Positions 30,976 through 37,860 of a stretch of DNA of 37,860 nucleotides are shown piece by piece. A program made the translations under genes and the position numbers. The notes beneath the pieces are model-generated. The model was not told the origin of the DNA, made no database searches, and worked only from the letters and a program-made list of their open reading frames with translations. The DNA is from Heptranchias perlo (taxonomy: Eukaryota). Position 1 is the stretch's first letter. Each line of letters starts with the position of its first letter. Location: contig NW_027138693.1 in NCBI RefSeq assembly GCF_035084215.1, positions 1-37,860 on the forward strand, in the 5' to 3' direction.

Positions 30976-33505
30976 TCACAAAACCTTCACCTTTCGCTTC
31001 CGACTACTCCCACGTGGTGCATCCCCTGTGGCTGCAGCAGAGGTAGTGGCAGGTTGCTCTCGTTCATGCCCTGATCGATTAGATGCTTTGGGCCTTCGCC
31101 CTCTGGGTTTCGGTGCCCATGAGGGCCCCTCCAAAGACTGCTCCACCTGCACCTGTGCAGGGGCAGACTCGACCACCTGGAGAGGAGGCAGCATTGTGGG
31201 TACAGGTTGAGAGGGGGGCAATGGGTGAGACGTGGGGGCGCTTTGAGTGGCTTCCCCACTTCCATGCCCCCTTTCGCCATCATCCCTCTCCTGGGCCAGG
31301 CCCACATCACTCCTACCACCCTGCTGGACGACAGTTTGGAGGACATGTGTGAAGTCTTGTCAGGCCAGTGCCAGAGTATCTGCCTGCCTGTTTAAAGCAG
31401 CAGAAAGTTGCTCACCCTGAGTCCGAAGGGCCGTTGTCAGGGTCTGAATGGAATCATTGGTGAGCCGTGCTTGAAGCTCCATGGAGGCTCGCCTTCCCTC
31501 CATCGCAGACATTCCCACACTTACCCACGACACTATCTCAGAGATTCCCTCACGTCCCTGTGACAGTATCTCAGAGATTCCCTCATGCCCCTGTGACAGT
31601 ATCTCAGAGATGCCCTCACGTCCCTGTGACACTATCTCAGAGATTCCCTCACGTCCCTGTGACAGTATCTCAGAGATTCCCTCACGTCCCTGTGACACTA
31701 TCTCAGAGATTCCCTCACGTCCCTGTGACACTATCTCAGAGATTCCCTCACGTCCCTGTGACAGTATCTCAGAGATTCCCTCACGTCCCTGTGACAGTAT
31801 CTCAGAGATTCCCTCACGTCCCTGTGACAGTATCTCAGAGATTCCCTCACGTCCCTGTGACACTATCTCAGAGATTCCCTCACGTCCCTGTGACAGTATC
31901 TCAGAGATTCCCTCACGTCCCTGTGACAGTATCTCAGAGATTCCCTCACGTCCCTGTGACACTATCTCAGAGATTCCCTCACGTCCCTGTGACAGTATCT
32001 CAGAGATTCCCTCATGTCCCTGTGACAGTATCTCAGAGATTCCCTCACGTCCCTGTGACAGTATCTCAGAGATTCCCTCACATCCCTGTGACACTATCTC
32101 AGAGAATCCCTCACGTCCCTGTGACACTATCTCAGAGATTCCCTCACGTCCCTGTGACAGTATCTCAGAGATTCCCTCATGTCCCTGTGACACTATCTCA
32201 GAGATTCCCTCATGTCCCTGTGACACTATCTCAGAGATTCCCTCCTGTACCTGTGCCACCATTCCACTCATGCAGGAGTTGGACTCCTCCATCCTCTGTG
32301 CGATTGTGGAGAGTGCGCGTGGCACTTTTTCCAGCACCTCGTAAATGTGCTGCTGTCCCTCGATCATTCTCCTTTTCATGGTTGGCCCCCAGGGTTCAGC
32401 ATCTGTGTCCTGCTGAGCAGAGCCTGGAGAGGAGTGCTCCCACCGACAGGGACTCTCCACAGCTGCCCCTACCACCAGTGTCTGCTTGTGCTCACATGGG
32501 TGTGGTGACTCACCGTGTGCGACCCCAATTAAGTGAGGACAGGGACCCACCAAGGTGTGAGTAACTGCGCTGGTGGATGGCTCGCTCAGATGTGACGGTG
32601 CCCCCTCAAAGGCCGGCAGGTCCTCTGAGGAATCGCCCTCCACTGTCATGGCAGTCGCTGAAGGCCCTGTAAGAGAACAGAAGGTAATATTAAGCATGAT
32701 GACAGATGTTGAGGTGCTGAAGATGGTGAGGCATGTAAACATCATTTGCTATTGTGAGTGCTGAATGTTAAAGTTCTGTCACCAGATGTTTGTCGGGTGG
32801 CAGCCTCGACATCCCCAACAGACAGGCACTCGAGGGTGCGGCTCAGCTCCAGAGCCTCCTGCTCCGCGTCTGTGAGGACGACCAGATGTTGTGCCCCCCT
32901 CCGGTCTTCGCCCTCTCCCATGCATTCTGGGCTCTCTTCTATAAGGGGAGAAAGTAGAGAGGCGTGAGTGAGTGATGGTGACGTGGCCAACCGCTGAATG
33001 CATTGGTTTGGGTGAGGCTGACCGTGAAAGAGATGCATCAGAGGGTGAGTATGAGACAGAGCCATGAGATTGTATGAGGATTGGGTTGAGTGGTAGTGGT
33101 GGGGTGAGCACTGGGGAGGTGAGGAAGTGCAGGTAAGTTGAGGATGAGGTTTGAGTGGGTGTGAGGAGTGATGTGATAGAGTAGTGTTGGCAGTGCAGAA
33201 GGAGTTGTGGGGTGGGGGCGGTGATGTGGAAGATGGAGTGTAGGAGAATGAGTAAGTGTGCTCACTTTGACTGACCTGGTTAGGTCATTGAAGCTCTTCC
33301 TGCACTGGATCCAGGTGCGGGAGACGTTGCTGCTGCTGGTGACCTCCTCTGCCACCTCGAGCCAGGCCTTCTTGGTGGCAGAGACAGGCCACTTCCTCCC
33401 GTCTGCCGGGTAGAAAATATCCCTCCTCTTCCTCACCCGATCCAGTAGGACCTGGAGTGAGGGATTGTTAAATCTGGGAGCAGCCTTTCCCCTCGGCTGC
33501 TCCAT
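30976..33505 (-). pseudogene. Harbinger-encoded Myb/SANT-like (trihelix, NAIF1-type) DNA-binding protein, 3 exons (33505-33266, 32938-32783, 32666-about 31360 with a shifted tail to 30976), frameshifted
   Basis: Exon 1 has 80 codons: APRFNNPSLQVLLDRV...KKAWLEVAEEV...RTWIQCRKSFNDL (Myb/SANT), donor GTGAGC. Exon 2 begins KRAQNAWERAKTGGG and then frameshifts to LTDAEQEALEL. Exon 3 has an acidic linker and a helical region. A basic SSRKRKVKVL* C-terminus lies in another frame. Confidence 0.82.
31529..32244 (-). repeat. 33-bp in-frame coding minisatellite, 22 copies, encoding GREGISEI[L/V]SQ
   Basis: Unit CCCTGTGACA[C/G]TATCTCAGAGATTCCCTCACGT on the plus strand. 22 units counted in ORF 31360-32745. 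Confidence 0.97.
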
Positions 33506-33767
33506 TCTATAATTTTGGTTCTTTGCTGCAGGAGCAGCCATTGGAGGACTTCCCCTTTAAATAGGGCTCCTCCAGCTGACAGCCTGTGATGTGGGTGCGC
33601 AGGCCGCCCGCTGCGCAGGTTGACGACGGGAAACCCGGAAGCCACGGTAAGTGGCTCCAATTTACCCGCGATCGCGTGGGGAACGGATGGATTTTACTGG
33701 GCGGGTTACCCACGCGCCCAGTCGCCCCCCCCTGCTGCCAACCCACCTCCCTGGTAATATCGGGGCC

Positions 33768-36030
33768 CATAATTCAGTTAGATTTAGCATAGTAATGGAA
33801 AAGGACAAAGATAGAACAGGAGTAAAAGGTCGAAATTGGGGAAAGGGCAATTTTACTAAGCTGAGAAGTGATTTAGCAAAAGTGGACTGGAAACAGCTAC
33901 TTGAAGGTAAATCAGTGTCAGAGCAGTGGGAGACATTCAAGGGGGAGATTCGAGGGGTTCAGAGTAAACATGTTCCCACAAAGAAAAAGGGTGGGACTCC
34001 CAAATCTAAAGCCCCCTGGACGACAAGGAGCACACAGGGTAAGATAAGGCAAAAAAGGGAAGCTTATATCAGACACCGAGAGCTCAATACTGCAGAAAGC
34101 CTGGAGGAGTCTAGAAAGTGCAGGGGTGAAATTAAAAAGGAAATTAGGAAAGCAAAGAGAGGGCATGAAAAAATACTGGCAAGTAAAGTTAAAGAAAACC
34201 CAAAAATGTTTTATAAATACATAAAGAGCAAGAGAATAACTAAGGAAAGAGTAGGGCCGATTAGAGACCAAAAAGGTAACCTGTGTGTGGAGGCGGAAGA
34301 TGTGGGTCTGGTTCTTAATGAATACTTTGCTTCTGTCTTCACAAAGGAGAGGGACGATGCAGAGATTATAGTCAAGGAGGAGGAGTGTGAAATATTGGAT
34401 GGGATAAACAGTGAGAGAGGATGTATTTAGGGGATTAGCATCTTTGAAAGTGCCAGGCCCGGATGAAATGAATCCCAGGCTGTTAAGAGAAGCAAGGGAG
34501 GAAATAGCGGAGGCTCTGACCATCATTTTCCAATCCTTACTGGATACAGGCGTGGTGCCGGAGGATTGGAGGACTGCTAACGTTGTCCCATTGTTTAAAA
34601 AGGGAGAAAGAGATAAACCGAATAATTACAGGCCAGTCAGTCTAACCTCGGTGGTGGGCAAATTATTGGAATCGATTCTGAGGGACAGGATAAATCATCA
34701 TTTAGAAAGGCACGGGTTAATCAAGGACAGTCAGCATGGATTTGTTCAGGAAAGGTCGTGTCTGACCAACTTGATTGAATTTTTTGATGAGGTAACAAGG
34801 AGGGTCGATGAGGGTAGTGCGTTTGATGTAGTCTACATGGATTTTAGCAAGGCTTTTGACAAGGTCCCACCTGGCAGACTGATCAAAAAGGTAAAAGCCC
34901 ATGGGATCCAAGGGAAAGTGGCAAGTTGGATCCAAAATTGGCTCAGTGTCAGGAAGCAAAGGGTAATAGTTGACGGGTGTTTATGCGACTTTTTGTTTCC
35001 AGTGGGGTTCCACAAGGCTCAGTACTGGGTCCCTTGCTTTTTTTGATATATATTAATTATTTGGACTTGAATGTGGGGGGCTTGATCAAGAAGTTTGCAG
35101 ATGATACAAAAATTGGCCATGTGGTTGATAGTGAGGGGGAAAGCTGTGGACTGCAGGAAGATATCAATAGACTGGTCAGGTGGGCAGAAAAGTGACAAAT
35201 GGAATTCAATCTGGAGAAGTGTGAGGTAATGCATTTGGGGAGAGCAAACAAGGCAAGGGAGTACACAATAAATGGGAGGATACTGAGAGGTGTAGAGGAA
35301 CAGAGGGAACTTGGAGTGTATGTCCATAGATCCCTGAAGGTAGCAGGACAGGTAGATAAGGTGGTTAAAAAGGCATACGGGATACTTTCCTTTATTAGCA
35401 GAGGCACAGAATATAAGAGCAGGGAGGTTATGCTAGAACTGTATAAAACATTGGTTAGACCGCAGCTTGAGTACTGTGCACAGTTCTGGTCACCATATTA
35501 CAGGAAAGATGTAATTGCACTAGAGAGGGTACAGAGGAGATTTACGAGGATGTTGCCAGGGCTGGAGAATTTTAGCTATGAGGAAAGATTGGATAGGCTG
35601 GGGTTGTTTTCTTTGGAACAGAGGAGGCTGAGGGGAGATTTAATTGAGGTGTATAAAATTATGAGGGGCCGAGATAGAGTGGATAGGAAGGACCTATTTC
35701 CCTTAGCAGAGAGGTCAATAATCAGGGGGCACGATTTAAAGTAATTGGTAGAAGGATTAGAGGGGAGCTGAGGAGACATGTTTTTCACTCCAGAGGGTGG
35801 TGGGGGTCTGGAACTCACTGCCTGAGAGGGTGGGAGAGGCAGAAACCCTCAACTCATTTAAAAAGTACCTGGATGTGCACTTGAGGTGCCGTAACCTACA
35901 GGGTTATCCCGGACCAAGTGCTGGAAAGTGGGATTAAGCTGGATGGCTCTTTTTCGGCTGGCACAGACACGATGGGCTGAACGGCCTCCTTCTATGCCCT
36001 AACTTTCTGTGATTCTATGATTGCTATGAT
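33768..36030 (+). mobile_element. CR1 LINE ORF2 (linker plus RT) and 3' end; continuation of 29555-30078; inactivated
   Basis: ORFs 33651-34430, 34411-35046 (PGPD, VPEDWRTANVVPLFKKG, NYRPVSLTSVVGK, YMDFSKAFDKV), 34977-35195 ([17 protein letters not shown]) and 35199-35744 (LVRPQLEYC, SLEQRRLRGDLI). CR1-type (TTCTATGA)n-like tail at 36005-36030. Several frameshifts and stops. Confidence 0.95.
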
Positions 36031-36154
36031 TGGTGAACTCTATTATCATTGTATCATGTGACCACCAGGATAACGGGAGGAGAACGAGAGGACCCTGGTC
36101 TTTTTCCGTCCAGCAATTCCTATATTCCTCTTCCTCCATCTCCATCATTATTGG

Positions 36155-37505
36155 ACATAGGATCACGAGGAGGCCATTCAGCCCCTCGAGCCTGTTCCAT
36201 CATTCAATTGGATCATGACTGATCTGTATCTTAACTCCATCTCCCGCCTTGGTTCCATAACCCTTAATACCCGTGTCTAACAAAAATCGATCAATCTCAG
36301 TTTTGAAATTTTCAATTGACCCCCAGTCTCAACAGCTTTTTGGGGGAGAGAGTTCCAGATTTCCACTCCCCTTTGTGTGAAGAAATGCTTCCTGACATCA
36401 CCCTGAACGGCCGAGCTCTAATTTTAAGGTTATGCCCCCTTGTTCTGGACTCCCCCATCAGAGGAAATAGTTTCTCTCTATCCACCCTATCAAATCCTTT
36501 TAATCATCTTAAACACCTCAATTAGATCACCCCTTAATCTTCTATATTCAAGGGAATACAAGCCTAGTCTGTACAACCTGTCCTCGTAATTTAACCCTTT
36601 AAACCCCGGGATCATTCTGGTGAATCTGGGCTGCACCCCCTCCAAGGCCAATCTATCCTTCCTGAGGTGCGGTGCCCAGAACTGAACACAGTCTCCAGAT
36701 GTGGTCTGACCAGAGCTCTGTACAGCTGGAACATAACTTCCTCCCCTTTGTATTCCAGCCCCCGAGATAAAGGCCAACGTTCCATTAGCCTTTCCCAATC
36801 CTTTTTGTATCTCCACTGGCTTTTAATGATTTCTGTACTTGGACTCCCAAATCTCTCTGTTCCTCTCCAGTTCCAAACTTCTCGCCATTTAGAAAATACT
36901 CTGATTGATCTGTCTTCAGTCTAAAGTCGATGACCTCACACTTCCTCACTTTGAACTCCATCTGCCTCGGTTTTACCCACTCACTTTATCGATCGATCAA
37001 CTCATCTCTCAATGTCCCTTTGTTACTTCCTGCTCCCACCTACACTAATTACTCTGCCACCTAACTTAGTGTCATCAGTAAACTTAGATATACAGCTCTC
37101 TATTCCTTCATCTAAATCATTTATAAATATAGTGAAAAGCTGAGGCCCCAGTACAGATCCCTGGGGGACACCACTAGTCACATCCTGCCAATCTGAGTCC
37201 ATTCCCATTATCCCCACTCTCTGTCTCCAACCTCCTGACCAATTCCCGATCCAAGCCTCCAATTCCATCCGCTCTCATTTTTGTTAAGTCTCTTATGTGG
37301 CACCTTATCGAATACCTTCTGGAAAAGTCCATAGAAATAATATCCACAGACACTCCCTTATCCCACGTTAGTTACTGACGCAAAAAATTCCACCAGGTTC
37401 GTTAGACATGACTTACCCGTTACAAATCCACACTGGCTCTCTCTGATCAGATTATATTTAATGAAATGCTCAGTCACTCTGTCCCTGATAACAGATTCTA
37501 GTAAC
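36155..37505 (-). mobile_element. Degenerate CR1 LINE 3' part (RT C-terminus plus 3'UTR)
   Basis: Minus-strand ORFs [26 protein letters not shown]...[11 protein letters not shown] (37023-37268) and CVQFWAPHLRKD...SLEYRRLRGDLIEVFK (36490-36816). Confidence 0.9.
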
Positions 37506-37730
37506 ATTGATGTTTGAGATTTGGGCCCACTGAGGGATGGAGATCAGGAAGAGGGATTGGATGTGGGAGCTGGAATGTAATGTGTACAGGAGAGGCCTCA
37601 GTCTGAATCCGGTAGTGACGATGCTTTTGGATCATGGGAAATGATATATCAAATGTCGAGCTTCAAACCTTCAGCTGACACAGACCCTGTCAATTCTCCC
37701 TCCGCTCCTTCAGATATTGGTCTCCCCAAT

Positions 37731-37860
37731 TGGCTGGAGTCATACCTAGCACAAAGAAAGATGGTAGTGGTTGTTGGAGGCCAATCATCTCAGCCCCAGA
37801 GCACTGCTGCAGGAGTTCCTCAGGGCAGTGTCCTCGGCCCAACCATCTTCAGCTGCTTCA
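37731..37860 (+). mobile_element. 5'-truncated fragment of the same LINE family as 21648-23178, running off the right edge
   Basis: [43 protein letters not shown] is nearly identical to the corresponding segment of ORF 21582-23174. Confidence 0.92.

Larger units (their letters stand above)
30079..33767. mobile_element. PIF/Harbinger DNA transposon, non-autonomous deletion derivative, 3689 bp, 3-bp TSD CAT
   Basis: TSD CAT at 30076-78 and 33768-70. Imperfect TIRs GGGGCCGATTTT and GGCCCCGATATT (reverse complement; 9/12 match). Removing the element restores CR1 ...AGTGATCAT|AATTCAG.... It carries a Myb/SANT gene on the minus strand. Confidence 0.88.

Noticed and set aside
31467-32564. Plus-strand 365-aa and 287-aa repeat ORFs
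   Set aside because: Antisense shadows of the 33-bp repeat. Only the minus frame joins flanking Myb-gene coding sequence and splice sites.
33651-35744. Active CR1 ORF2
   Set aside because: Multiple frameshifts and stops, 5' truncation and interruption by the Harbinger element.
36035-36130. Possible extra short LINE 3'-end remnant (ggaccctggtctttttcc...ttcctatattcct)
   Set aside because: Too short and degenerate to support without a repeat-library search.

Overview
Eukaryotic (vertebrate) genomic DNA, most likely a cartilaginous fish; this is inferred from the style of the MHC exons and repeat families, not proven. The window holds the 3' half of a plus-strand MHC class I heavy-chain gene: alpha3 Ig-C1 exon 18469-18744, connecting-peptide/TM exon 23565-23690, cytoplasmic exons 24493-24528 and 25336-25383 (stop 25380-25382), and a probable 3'UTR exon from about 27619. 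The three coding introns are phase 1 with GT/AG ends, and the spliced frame is open. The leader, alpha1 and alpha2 exons are not in the window. The first 17.85 kb is one G-rich ~26-bp satellite with higher-order duplications, and each unit carries a consensus 5' splice site plus a G-run. Several more minisatellites (41, 35, ~18 and 28 bp) and a CT-rich microsatellite fill the introns, some resembling branch points or 3' splice sites. The rest is transposon material: CR1, L2 and CR1-group LINE fragments, a possible MITE, and a 3.7-kb PIF/Harbinger element (TSD CAT) nested in a CR1. That element has lost most of its transposase and keeps a spliced Myb/SANT gene carrying an in-frame 22 x 11-aa repeat. 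No CRISPR, rRNA or tRNA was seen.
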